Source of the DNA: Octopus sinensis
Lineage: Eukaryota
Direction: 5' to 3'
NCBI RefSeq assembly: GCF_006345805.1
Contig: NC_042997.1
Location: forward strand, 173,290,001 to 173,354,000
DNA: 64,000 bases
Numbering within the stretch: the first letter of the stretch is position 1; every line of letters starts with the position of its first letter. A program made the position numbers and the translations under genes. This document shows positions 1 to 12,284 of the stretch, piece by piece. The notes beneath the pieces were generated by a model, which saw only the letters and a list, made by a program, of their open reading frames with translations, did not search any database and had not been told where the DNA came from.

Positions 1-133
1 CAAAAAAAAAAGGCCGACAGAATAAGTACGAAGCTTAAAAAGAAGTACTGGGGTCGATTCGTTCAATTAAAAAAACCTCCTCAAGGCGGTGCCCCAGCAT
101 GGCCACAGTCTAGTGATAAAAACAAACAAACGA

Positions 134-540
134 GTGGCTGTGTGGTAAGTAGCTTGCTAACCAACCACATGGTTCCGGGTTCAGTCCCACTGCGTGGCAT
201 CTTGGGCAAGTGTCTTCTACTATAGCCCCGGGCCGACCAATGCCTTGTGAGTGGATTTGGTAGACAGAAACTGAAAGAAGCCTGTCGTATATAGTATATA
301 TATCTATAGATGGGTAGTATATATGTTTGTGTGTCTGTGTTTGTCCCCCTAGCATTGCTTGACAACCGTTGCTGGTGTGGTTACGTCCCCGTCACTTAGC
401 GGTTCGGCAAAAAGAGACCGATAGAATAAGTACTGGGCTTACAAAGCATAAGTCCCGGGGTCGATTTGCTCGACTAAAGGCGGTGGTCCAGCATGGCCGC
501 AGTCAAATGACTGAAACAAGTAAAAGAGTAAATAAGAGAT
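134..540 (+). mobile_element. tRNA-derived CORE-like SINE (family A) with internal (TA)/(TG) microsatellite and 3' module ending (gtaaaaga)n
   Basis: Head gtggctgtgtggtaag...ggttcagtccc (A/B-box-like) and CORE-like cttgggcaagtgtcttctactatagcc; many copies in the window. Confidence 0.85.
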
Positions 541-675
541 GAAAGAGATAAGTACTTTACAGCAAAGAAAACTAAAAACAACAAATGCACATGGCAAAGG
601 ACTGAGACCTTAGCTCCGAGACGCACGCACCTACACCCCACCCTTTTATACTTTCAAAAACCTAAAAATGATCTG

Positions 676-775
676 NNNNNNNNNNNNNNNNNNNNNNNNN
701 NNNNNNNNNNNNNNNNNNNNNNNNNNNNNNNNNNNNNNNNNNNNNNNNNNNNNNNNNNNNNNNNNNNNNNNNNNN
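676..775. other. Assembly gap (100 N)
   Basis: Run of N. Confidence 1.
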
Positions 776-976
776 GACAAAATTTCGTACATTATGCATA
801 GTTTTCACATATGACTTCTGCATGTAATTTTGTTCATTGATTTATAAATTTATATGTATATTTATTTCGTTGTGTGTTTTAAATTATTCTTTGGAATTTG
901 TATTGATTGTCTGGATGTGTTCCTTCTATAATTTCCCTCATATATATTTTGATTATATATATATATATAACTGCCT

Positions 977-1402
977 GGAGTGGCTGTGTGGTAAGTAGCT
1001 TGCTAACCAACCACATGGTTCCGGGTTCAGTCCCACTGCGTGGCATCTTGGGCAAGTGTATTCTGCTATAGCCCCGGGCCGACCAATGCCTTGTGAGTGG
1101 ATTTGGTAGACGGAAACTGAAAGAAGCCTGTCGTATATATGTATATATATATATATGATATATATGTATGTGGTGTATGTGTTTGTGTGTCTGTGTTTGT
1201 CCCCCTAACATTGCTTGACAAACCGATGCTGGTTGGTATATTTACGTCCCCGTCACTTAGCGGTTCGGCAAAAGAGACCGATAGAATAAGTACTGGGCTT
1301 ACAAAGAATAAGTCCCGGGGTCGATTTGCTCGACTAAAGGCGGTGCTCCAGCATGGCCGCAGTCAAATGACTGAAACAAGTAAAAGAGTAAAGAGTAAAA
1401 GA
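977..1402 (+). mobile_element. Family A SINE, near-identical to 134-540
   Basis: Direct sequence match including shared variants. Confidence 0.85.
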
Positions 1403-1454
1403 GTATATATATATATATATAGATATATACATACACACACACACAAACACACGC

Positions 1455-1987
1455 ATAGTGGAAAGAAACACGGTGAGAGCGTAACAGCAGGTGGTCCTCA
1501 GAGGAGAAATTCCCTTTAAGCAAGTGTTTCGGCCCTTAACTCCTGACACTCCAGGGATGGGGGGGGGCATCCGAATTATGACTTCTGGATGTCCACCTGC
1601 TGTCCGTTTTAGTGCACCTTACGTTTCTCTGGTTTCTTGCACTGCTGTGACGTGTGCTGCGACCCCGAGACGGGCTAAATACTCGTTTCCAGCTGGGTAC
1701 TTTGGCGGGCGCTCGGACAACCCAGGTGTGAGGGTTCTTTTTTCTCACGAACCAGGATCGCCGGCTCCAGAAGCGCAGGCCTACACGACTACACAATCTG
1801 GCACTCGCTTGAATTGGGGCAAATTTAGCCTTATGAAGTTGGACTTTGTTCCTCCTAAACTTGAGGCCTTCTTGGCCGCTTCTCCCATGGCCCTCAAGGT
1901 TCTACTCCTGCTTCTTCCAGAGATGGACAGCTGTTTCATGAGGCTGTAGGCAGATGAGCCCATAAATCCCCTGACGCCAACCTCGAC
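1455..1987 (-). mobile_element. 3' end of RLE-type (HERO/NeSL-like) non-LTR retrotransposon: endonuclease C-terminus plus 3' UTR
   Basis: Minus-strand translation VEVGVRGFMGSSAYSLMKQL...GEAAKKAS matches the RLE C-terminal motif VEVG.RG...EKAS. Confidence 0.65.
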
Positions 1988-2145
1988 GCGGAGACTTTGG
2001 TTTTGAATAAGTACTAGGATTCAAAACCAAAGTCTCCGCAGTCGAGGTTGCCGTCAGGGGATTTATAGCTCATTGCCTACAGCCTCATGAAACAGCTGTC
2101 CATCTCTGGAAAAAGCAGGAGTAGAACATTAAGGGCCATGGAAGA

Positions 2146-2146
<1 letters not shown>
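1880..2146. repeat. Long inverted repeat (fold-back), ~130-bp arms, 10-nt loop
   Basis: 1988-2008 is the exact reverse complement of 2019-2039; the outer arms continue with scattered mismatches. Confidence 0.95.
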
Positions 2147-2192
<46 letters not shown>

Positions 2193-2195
2193 TAT

Positions 2196-2229
<34 letters not shown>

Positions 2230-2231
2230 CA

Positions 2232-2395
2232 CACACCACGGACTTTCTTCAATTTCCGTCTACGAAATCCACTCACAAGGCTTTGATCGGACCGAAGCTA
2301 TATTAGAAGAGCGAAAGGTGCCACGCAGTAGGACTGAACCCGAAAACATGTGGCTGGTAAACAAGTTACTAACCACACAGCCATTCCTACGCCTA
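2232..2395 (-). mobile_element. Family A SINE head, diverged
   Basis: Reverse-complement match to 134-290. Confidence 0.75.
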
Positions 2396-2461
2396 TGTAT
2401 GTATGTATGTATGTATGTTTGTATGTACGTATGTATGTATGTATATATGTATGTATGTATG

Positions 2462-2554
<93 letters not shown>

Positions 2555-2786
2555 CTGTATATATATATGTATATATATATATACATTTCGTAGTCTTGAA
2601 TCCATCGAGAAAACTTACCCGAGGCTAGCAACTTGTTTGCCTGTTGTGGTTATTGGTTACTTGATGTCATCTTACAGAGAAAATGTTCTAGCTTTTGGAA
2701 ATACACCAGGAATTCCATAGTATCCGTTGAATTTATATAAGTAGACAAATGATAGAAAATTAAATGAACAACATTCTTTATTTTAA

Positions 2787-2895
2787 AATCATGACAATTG
2801 TTTCGGCACAATTTTTACCCTCGTAGAACATTCGTAAGATTTTGTGTAGTCATTATCATACATGTAAGTTCTAAAATTAGCCTCCTCAGCTGATT
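2787..2895 (-). ncRNA. Type-I hammerhead ribozyme motif (PLE type), complete core
   Basis: Minus strand: AAUCA-G-CUGAGGA-GGC...GCC-GAAA-CAAUUG-UC^A-UGAUU; palindromic stem III ACAAUUGU, GUC triplet. Confidence 0.75.
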
Positions 2896-2955
2896 GTTTA
2901 AATAAGTCGTTCGTAACATCCTACAGTCACTTCACTCTGTGTTATTTTTAGCAGT

Positions 2956-3580
2956 TTACAGACAAAGCGAAGCCCAAAAATACAATTATAATCAAGATGC
3001 AAAATACAGACAAAAAAAAAAAAGATTTAAAAAATGTGGGTGTCAAGTAGACTACAAATTAAAATTCTATCTTCATGGTCAAATTATAAGAAAGAGAATG
3101 AAGAATAAAATTAAGCCTTTATTTCTGTATCGTTGTTACATCTACTTAAAACCTCTGTTTTCCTGATGAGAAGACGGCATAATGCACCCTTTATTCCTTC
3201 GGAATTAAGAGTATGCAGTCTTCGAAACATGTGTTGAGAGTAAAGGAATTTTATTAAAATCTTCGTTCGACTCCATTCTTTCATTTATTCATATAAAAAA
3301 AAACACACAAATTACCACACAAGAACACGGGGTTTATGCCCTTGGCATGTAGCTTCAACCGTGTTTTCTGACTTGAATTTACAGACAACACGAAGCCCAA
3401 AACTACAATTATAATCAAGATGCAAAATACAGACAAAAAAAAAGATTTAAAAAATGTGGGTGTCAAGTAGACTACAAATTAAAATTCTATCTTCATGGTC
3501 AAATTATAAGAAAAAAATGAAGAATATAATTAAGCCTCTATTTCTGTATCGTTGTTACATCTACTTAAAACCTCTGTTTT
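2956..3580 (+). repeat. ~205-bp direct repeat (2956-3160, 3378-3580) bracketing a hammerhead-bearing segment
   Basis: tttacagacaa...acctctgtttt present twice with few differences. Confidence 0.9.
3158..3240 (+). ncRNA. Type-I hammerhead ribozyme motif (PLE type), complete core
   Basis: UUUUC-CUGAUGA-GAAGAC...GUCUUC-GAAA-CAUGUGUU^GAGAG; stem II extends with GCAUA/UAUGC. Confidence 0.7.
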
Positions 3581-3883
3581 AAGACATCGAAATTTAACTG
3601 TGGAAATACTTCTTAATATTAACACCGGATTTGAAAAATCATTTGTTAGAGTTATTTTTCCCATGTTTTCAGTAGTTTCTTTTGATCCCACCGAAGTTAA
3701 TTCTGTTTTCATCTCTTTGGTCTCGATTACTTTAGAACGAGTCAAATTCTGTAACGGTTATCTCATCTCTGACGGAATCAGCTACGTTAGACGAGCCTAG
3801 AAAGGAGCATTCACAAACACAGCCCCTTCAGTCCTTTCACCATCACTCTCTAGCTTCACTCACAAAGAAACTTCATATATAAT

Positions 3884-4274
3884 GATGGATGGAAGCACTC
3901 CGTCGGTTACGACGACGATGGTTCCGGTTGATCCGAATCAACGGAATAGCCTGCTCGTGAAATTAACGTGTAAGTGGCTGAGCACTCCACAGACACGTGT
4001 ACCCATAACGTAGTTCTCGGGGATATTCAGCGTGACACAGAGAGTGACAAGGCCGGCCCTTTGAAATACAGGTACAACAGAAACACAAAAGTAAGAGTGA
4101 GAGAAAGTTGTGGTGAAAGAGTACAGCAGGGATCACCACCATCCCCTGCCGGAGCCTCGTGGAGCTTTAGGTGTTTTCACTCAATAAACACTCACAACGC
4201 CCGGTCTGGGAATCGAAACCGCGATCCTATGACCGCGAGTCCGCTGCCCTAACCACTGGGCCATTGCGCCTCCA
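3884..4274 (-). mobile_element. tRNA-derived SINE family B (~390 bp)
   Basis: Head ggaggcgcaatggcccagtggttagggc...ggtttcgattccc; second copy at 30510-30880. Confidence 0.85.
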
Positions 4275-4382
4275 CTCATATATAAGCAACATCGCGAACA
4301 TCACAACTCATTTACATTACAGCCCATTGTTCCGAACTCATCAACCAACTCTTTCTTTGGCTTGCTCTAATACTGTTGTTGT

Positions 4383-4550
4383 AAGGCAGCGCGCTTGAAG
4401 AATCGTTGGCACGCCGGAGAACAATACTTAGTTCAAGTTCGACCGAGATCAACTTTACCTTTCATCCTTTCAGGTCGGTGAAATAAGTACCAGTTAAGCA
4501 CTGGAGTCGATATAATAGACAGGCTCTTATCCGCTAAATTTCAGGCCTTA
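4383..4550 (+). mobile_element. Old family M (Meta-domain-like) SINE
   Basis: ctttcatcctttcaggtcggtgaaataagtaccag core. Confidence 0.7.
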
Positions 4551-6049
4551 CTGTTGTTGTTATTCTCAGGTCTGACTGAGAAGACAGAAGTTCAAAGACG
4601 TTCTAGCCACAGATACGACTGCTTCTTTTTTGTTTTTTCCTTTTTTCAGACACACTATATAAGATTACGTTAGCTAACGTGTGTACGGACGGTGATTTTA
4701 AAACTGTCGAGTGTAAGTACGATTTGAAAGGTTTCTTCTTCTATGAGAAGAGGTTGGTAGCATCTCAAATTACTCGTTACCATATCCGGAGAAAATGAAG
4801 CTGAAGGTTGATCCGAACAGTTCTTTTCAGAACACAATGTTGTCGATTCCGGCAAGTTTGGAAAAGAATCGACTGTAATACTTTGACTGATAATTTATTT
4901 ATCGACCAGAACACTGGAAAGCTAATTTGAGCCTTGTGTGATTTGTATTTAGGGCGTAGTGAGGCGAAGTATATACCAAAAGCCTTCTATCCGACCCTGT
5001 AACGAATCCGCCAATTTGCTGCCTTTTGTGTATGCCTGATAAGAGCTGGAGCATAAATGTTCTCAGTGCGTGAATTCTTACACACTTTTAGTGTGTCCAC
5101 CTTAATTAACAGGTATAATCAGAGAGCGTAAATTTCTGCACATACATTCCTGCACCTAGAGACAACTGCGCACTCTCTAATACACCATTGCTCCACCCTT
5201 GGAATATATTCTTCAATGAATCTGATACTTTAAAAATTTTTTTTCGAAGTACGTATGTGATTCGGAGCATATTAAATTGCTATTTCTTGCAAATCGAACG
5301 ATAACTAAGAAGCTACTTCGTTGCTTGATTGTTTGCGCGCGTGTGTAAACTCTTTAAACTTCCTGCACTCCGTTGGAGGTGTCAGCCATGTCAAAACAAA
5401 TTTCGGCTTTCGACGCGTTTTCGCCGAGATGAAACAACTATTCCTGTGAATGTTGTGACTACCAAACATCGCTTTTTGAATCGACTGAGAAACACTGCCC
5501 TCAAGCGTCGTTGCACCGACCGAACACTGCAAATGTATGAATGCGTCTGCTTATATGCAGGTAAGGGAGCTTGTACATACATACATACATACATACATCA
5601 TACATACATATATATATACATATGTGCAGGTTAGTGAACCTGTATGTATATATGCACGTATTGCTATGTATGCACATACATACATGCACATGTGTTAGTG
5701 CATAACATGTGTGTGTGTGTGTGCGCGCGCAAGTGTGTGTGTGTATGTATATGTGTGTGTGTGTGTGTGTATGTATATGTGTGTGTGTGCACGTTGTGCA
5801 CCGAAGGTAGGGGGCATCGGATGTAGCGGGATAAGAGAGGTAAGTTGCAACAAGTTAGTGCACCAGGTTGAACTGTTATTGCAGTCTTAGCCGATTCCGC
5901 TGCAGAAGCAAAACTTTTGTTTTCTTCTTTTTCTTCATACACAAAACATTCAAAACGCATAAATATATGCTCACAAACACGCACACACGCGCACACATAC
6001 ATACACAAGCATACACATGCATACACAGATACATTCATTGCTAGATATA

Positions 6050-6090
<41 letters not shown>

Positions 6091-6194
6091 TATCTTTTTT
6101 TATTTGTATTCTCATTTATTTATTTTGTTCAAAACGGTTTGATTCAGCCGTATGCAACTTAAAGTTTTGTAGGCTCGTCACAGCAATCTAGCTC

Positions 6195-6735
6195 GGCGGT
6201 TGAATGGAGAGATGTAAGATATAACACTTAGCGGCATTTCGTCCGTCTAAAGCGGCAGCGAGCTGGCAGAAACGTTAGCACGCCGGGCGAAATGCTTAGC
6301 GGTATTTCGTCTACCGCTGCGTTCTGAGTTCAAATTCTGCCGAGGTCGACTTTCCCTTTCATCCTTTCGGGGTCGATGAATTAAAGTACCAGTTACGCAC
6401 TGGGGTCGATGTAATCGACTTAATACCTATGTCTGTCCTTGTTTGTCCTCTCTGTGTTTAGCCCCTTGTGGGTAGTAAAAAAATAGGTATTTCGTCTACC
6501 GCTGCGATCTGAGTTCAAATTCTGCCGAGGTCGACTTTGCCTTTCATCCTTTCGGGGTCGATAAATTAAGTACCAGTTACGCACTGGGGTCGATGTAATC
6601 GGCTTAATCCGTTTGTCTGTCCTTGTTTGTCCTCTCTGTGTTTAGCCCCTTGTGGGCAGTAAAGAAATAGGTAATTCGTCCGTCTTTACGTTCCGAGTTC
6701 AAATTCCACTGCGGTCGATTTCGCCATTTATCCTT
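6195..6735 (+). mobile_element. Family M SINE dimer (6254-6669) nested in an older family M copy
   Basis: One head plus two ~185-bp units; flanks ggcatttcgtccgtct (6233-6248) and ggtaattcgtccgtct (6670-6685). Confidence 0.85.
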
Positions 6736-7044
6736 TGATATACTGAATTACACACGCGCCAGCCCTCCAAAAAAACTAAGCAACGAGCATTAGAAAAACT
6801 AAGCTGGGAGCGTAGATTTCCTGGAAGAAGGATCGAATGCATACGAACACCGGGACAGCAAAAGGGACGAATATAAAAAGCAAAAAACAATAATGGAATA
6901 CAGAAACTGAATACAGAAGCATTAACGGTGAAAACAACAAGTGTCTTACGACTGATAACAGCAAACAAATTTTCTCTGGCGCATTGGAAAGGAGCCTTAT
7001 CGGCGATGCCTTGGCGGCGGAATATATATATAATATATATGTAT

Positions 7045-7127
<83 letters not shown>

Positions 7128-7224
7128 AAATGAGAAAATGGAGAAACATACCTAAATCAATCATCATATATATATATATATTTTTATATATATATATATA
7201 TATATAATATATTTATATATGTGT

Positions 7225-7455
7225 GTGTGGGTGTGTGTGTGTGTGTTTGTCCCCCCAACATCGCTGACAACCGATGGGGGAGTGTTTACGTCTCCGTAAT
7301 TTAGCGGGTCGGCAAAAGAGACCGATAGAAGAAACAGATACTAAGCTTCCAAAGAATAAGTCCTGGGGGTCGATTTGCTCGACTAAAGGCGGTGCTCCAG
7401 CATGGCCACAGTCAAATGACTGAAACAAGTAAAAGAGTAAAAGAGAAAGAGTAAA
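7225..7455 (+). mobile_element. Family A SINE 3' module
   Basis: Match to 330-540. Confidence 0.8.
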
Positions 7456-7684
7456 GCTGGTCTACTTTTTGACTTTTATATATACTTTTAGCAAACTGAG
7501 CTGTGATCAAAGGAATTCCAGCCATGACCATTCCGTTTTCATGAAAGTATGTTGAGAACTACATTTTCCAATGTGTCTTCTCTCTCGTCAACGCAGAGGC
7601 TGCGTTTTGAGGAATGATCCGTGTCCATTGTCAACCGGTCGAACCAGATAATAGAGACAGATTTATTAACATCGAATTTTTATT

Positions 7685-7685
<1 letters not shown>

Positions 7686-7724
<39 letters not shown>

Positions 7725-8093
7725 ATTTGGCTCAAAAGCAAATAGCAAGGCCATGTAGGGGGACATGGAGTTAAGTACAGGGTGGTGTTCATGTAAAGAG
7801 TTCAGGCCACTTGAGGTCAAGGGAGGCTTTGAACAAAGCGGTCGTCGGCATCTTCACCATCTCGTCTGGCAGCTTGTTCCACGGACCCGCAACCCGGACG
7901 GAGAAAGCTCCTCTCCTTCGATTGAGATGAAATCGTCGCAGGTAGAGTTTTTCGGAATGACCCCGCAGCCGACGCTCTGGAGCAGGAGTGAAGAACAGCT
8001 CTTTCGAGATGTTACACTTTCCGCTTATGATGTTGTGGGCGAGAATGAGATCACCACGGCGGCGGCGTTTTTCTAGAGAATTAAGGTCGAGCA
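7686..8093 (-). mobile_element. 5'-truncated CR1-type LINE with (TAAC)n tail
   Basis: ORF 7789-8094 LEKRRRRGDLI...RGHS.KL...FSVRV..WNKLP..V....FK..LD is the CR1 RT C-terminus; possible TSD attgtta (7682-7688, 8094-8100). Confidence 0.9.
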
Positions 8094-8209
8094 ATTGTTA
8101 CAATGTTGCCTCAAAACATTTCTTTCTGAATATACCTAGTATCAAAAGGCAACCCAATTGTAGCAGCCTGGTTTCCTAATATGGAATGTCTACAGTATGC
8201 AATATTTTT

Positions 8210-8600
8210 GCTCGTTTCCTTTTATATCATTATTAGACTGCGACCATGCTGAGGCACAGACTTGAAGGATGTGGTCGCATCAATAAATCGCCTCCAATTC
8301 TTCTTATTCAAAGTCTCCTACTTATTCTATCGATTTATTTCGCGGAACTGCAAAGTGACGGGGATGCAAATAAACCAACACCAGTTGTCAAGCGGAGTGA
8401 TGAATTAACACAAATACAAAGACGCATACATTCATATATATATATATGCAACATGCTTCCTCACAGTTTCCAGCTACCAAAATTCACTTATAAGCTATAT
8501 AGAAGACATTTGCACAAGGTTCCGCACAGTGAAACTGAATCCGAAACCACGTGACCGAAAAAGCAAGCAAACTTCTTAAATTACGCAGCCATGTCTGCTG
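8210..8600 (-). mobile_element. Old family A SINE
   Basis: Diverged reverse-complement match. Confidence 0.65.
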
Positions 8601-8940
8601 ACATACGTCGTACATATTTATTTTCAAAGTCATTATGAAATGATTCGACGGCAATTTGACTGCTACGTCGTGCATGTAGAGCAAGTACATATAGACTCAT
8701 TCGATAACATGACCTTCCTCATTGGCTCCACACCATTACATTATATACGATTCACCAGCGTCCATTTAACAAGGAAGATTGCATTTCAGTTTAAATTTAC
8801 TTCGGCATTAATTTATACCACTGAATGTGACGACGTGCTATATATCATTTTACACGGGTGTTTAAATACAAATAATAGTATTGCTAACATACCTACCGCA
8901 GAGTTAACATGCATATTATATACATATGTTAACATACATA

Positions 8941-8992
<52 letters not shown>

Positions 8993-10799
8993 GACACAGG
9001 CACACACACATACATACATACATACATACATACATACATACATACATACATACATACATACATACATGTTAACTTATATACATGTATACGGACTATAAGT
9101 AGATATAACCTATATCAAATACATAATAAACGTACGTATATTCATACAGTGTATAAATACTTACATATATCATATATATGTATATACGCACACAAACTTA
9201 CATGTACAGGGTGTTATCATTAACATGAAAGTTCTAGTGTTTCTATATCACACATTTCTCTTTCTTTCTGTATATATATATATATATTTATATAATTATG
9301 TATGTATGCATATGTATTTATGTATATGTATGTGGAAAAAAGATATAATAACAGTGGCGTGTCCACTCATGGTCGACATTGGACAAAGTGATTCCATACA
9401 CTAATACTCTAAAGCAGTATCAATTATTCAATTACGCTCATTTGATAAATCTCTCATCATAAAGAACGTGCTTCAGTAACGAAAAAGAAAGTCAGAACTA
9501 ACGTCGACTTACAAGCACAGAATGAAATATTTGCTTTCACTTTGGGAGCAACTAACAGAAAACGCCTGAGATCATGTGAAAGACTGCCCTGTCATCTTTT
9601 CCTCAACAACGATGAAAAACGCTATTTTTATATTTCGGGATACCAGCGAGAAACGGCAGGATGAAAATGGCTTCAAACCTTGTTAGACTAAACTCTAGCA
9701 TGGCTGCAGTCTCATCACTGAAATAAGATAAAAGATATCTTAACCTCTTAGATGTTAAGTTCCACACCCATGGATCTAAGACGCTTGCTTCCTAAATCTG
9801 TAGTTCCTTGGTAATGCGTAGTGCGGTCGAACCAAGAGCCACATGATTGAAAAGCGAACCTCTTAATACCACGGCCATGCCTGCATCGATACACAGATAG
9901 ACATATTCACACGCGCGCGCGCACACACAAATACACACACACCCATTCTCATATACAGATGTACACTCATATACATACACACGCCACATCCACTTATATC
10001 AGGTCGCTCACGAGTGCTACTCGTAACGTGTTACTCGTAACAATCTGTTGCATGGTTAAGTCATCAGCAACTAAACCAGCTCCCTAATTATGGTTGCTTA
10101 GTGGGAAAGGTTGTTAAAAACTCAGCAGGACAAACGACTAAACTTGTCAAAATGATAGATGAACTCAACGTAGGATCAACAAGAATCTAGCTATGGCGTG
10201 GGGACTTAGAAATTCTGGCTTAGTATCCGGCGTGCAGCAAACACCTCGGTGTAAGGCATTCTTGCTAAGTTATATCTTTAGAAGAAGGTACAACGTTTCC
10301 ACAGTCATACCGGCAGTATAACCGGTAGATATACGGGTGGCGTGGGCTGAGCAGCTTTGGAAGGTGGCCACTAGGTGGACAACTCCAAGCATAAAACATC
10401 ACTTCCTGTGAAGGGACGAGGTAAGGGTAACTACTCGATCGTCGAACCGGAAGAAAACTCGGGGGCCAACCGATTCTATCTATTCCAAACAGAGATTGAG
10501 AACGTAATTTTGAATTATATTGTATTCTCAGAATATAATATCGTTCCGAAAGATTGCATCATGCGTCATAAGTCGACAGTGGTGGCTTTTTAGGAAAGCT
10601 GCTAATGATGATACATTTTCAGTTTGCGTCGGTTGTTAGACCTAAGCATTACACCTGCAACTCTATCCTTGTAGTCCGTCAGGTATTTCGCTATTTCGTG
10701 TTTCAGGATTACGAAAACAATGAATGCATGTGTGGCTGTAAAGTTAAGAAATTTGCTTCGCAGTCACACGATTTCGTGTTCAGCCCCACTAAAAAAAAA

Positions 10800-11016
10800 A
10801 TGTTCCTTCTCGAGCCATGACAGGCTCATAAGGGCCGGTTTCCCGGTTTCAGTGGCGTAGAAAATCCCCACCTGGAGGGGACGCTGAGTGGACTGGAGCA
10901 ACGTGAAATGAAGTGTTTTGCTCAAGAATACAACGCGTCATCCGGTCCAGGAATCGAAACTACAACCTTACGATCATGAGTTCAACACACTAACCACTAA
11001 GCCACGCACCTCCACT
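10800..11016 (-). mobile_element. tRNA/CORE-like SINE with a different 3' tail
   Basis: gtggcttagtggttag...gtttcgattcc...ttgagcaaaacacttcatttcac. Confidence 0.65.
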
Positions 11017-11099
11017 GCATGGCATCGAAACTAAATGACTTTCACAACAGTCTCGGTTCTACGCTAGGATTATGAAGGAAACTGAGTAGACAGAATCTA

Positions 11100-11480
11100 T
11101 GCTGAACGCCATTCAGATGAATTATTCCTGCACTTCAATCATACGGCCTTGCCACATACTGAGTCCAGACGATTCTTCAGAAGACTACATTGAGTACAGC
11201 AAGATATACAGAAGGAGTGTCTCAGCCAGTATATCGGTACGAGATCCGAATGTTAAGAAGGGTTTCACGACTATCTTCAGTGTATTTCCTTTAAAATATC
11301 CAACAGTCTCATTGTATTTTGAGAGGAATCTCGCTTCTAGGGTACTGACACGAGTCTTCTTACGCTCAGCCAAAATTTTTGTCGGAGGGCCAATGTGGTA
11401 TATACGTGTCTGTGGAGCACTCTGCAATTTACATGCAAATTCAGGAAGCATGTAATTCTCATCGCCGAAACCAATGAGAA
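11100..11480 (-). pseudogene. Possible highly decayed LTR-retroelement integrase fragment
   Basis: PEF...YHIGPPTKILAER weakly resembles the rve motif EF...YHP.TNG.AER. Confidence 0.25.
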
Positions 11481-11505
11481 GCCATTCACAATATGTGTAT
11501 GTATG

Positions 11506-11615
11506 TCATTATTTAGTTTTATTTCAAGGTGTCTTGCCTATAGAGAAAGAACCGGTTTCTAACTTAGATCCAAGGCTCCTTCATTGGAATTTCAACATCA
11601 ACAACAGGATATTTT
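11506..11615 (-). mobile_element. 3' UTR of RLE LINE embedded in (TATG)n
   Basis: Matches 45650-45730, which follows RLE C-terminal coding sequence. Confidence 0.65.
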
Positions 11616-11799
11616 TGCATGTATGTATGTATGTATGTATGTATGTATGTATGTATGTATGTATGTATGTATGTATGTATGTATGTATGGTATGGTATGT
11701 ATGTATGTATGTATGTATGTATGTATGTATGTACGTATGTATGTATGTATGCATGTATGTATGTATATATATGTGCGATATTTAGAGTCAGATTTATAT

Positions 11800-12032
11800 A
11801 CTCTTACTCTTTACTCTTTTGCTTGCTTCAGTCATTTGACTGTGGCCATGCTGGAGCACTGCTTTTTGTCGAGCAAATCGACCCCAGGACTTATTCATTG
11901 TAAGCCTTGTAGATATTCGATCGGTCTCTTTTGCCGAACCGCTAAGTTACGGGGACGTAAACACACCAGCATTGGTTGTCAAGCGATGTTGGGGGGACAA
12001 ACACAGACACACAAACATATACACACACACAT

Positions 12033-12091
<59 letters not shown>

Positions 12092-12256
12092 TACGACGGG
12101 CATCTTTCAGTTTCCGTCTACCAAATCTACTCACAAGGCTTCGGTAGGCCCGAGGCTATAGTAGAAGACACTTGCTCAAGGTACCACGCAGTGGGACTGA
12201 ACCCGGAACCACGTGGTTCGTAAGCAAGCTACTTACCACAGCCACTCCCACGCCTA
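11800..12256 (-). mobile_element. Full-length family A SINE
   Basis: Head, expanded microsatellite and tail all present. Confidence 0.85.
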
Positions 12257-12284
12257 TGTTTTGTTTTATGTATCCTCAAGCATA

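Noticed and set aside
4200-4274. tRNA gene
   Set aside because: tRNA-like SINE head continuing into SINE body; no convincing acceptor stem
5300-5530. Tc1-like SVRSVQRRL motif on the minus strand
   Set aside because: Too short, and no TIRs or catalytic motifs were found
10050-10480. Possible LINE 5' UTR
   Set aside because: Only a vague resemblance and no linked ORF
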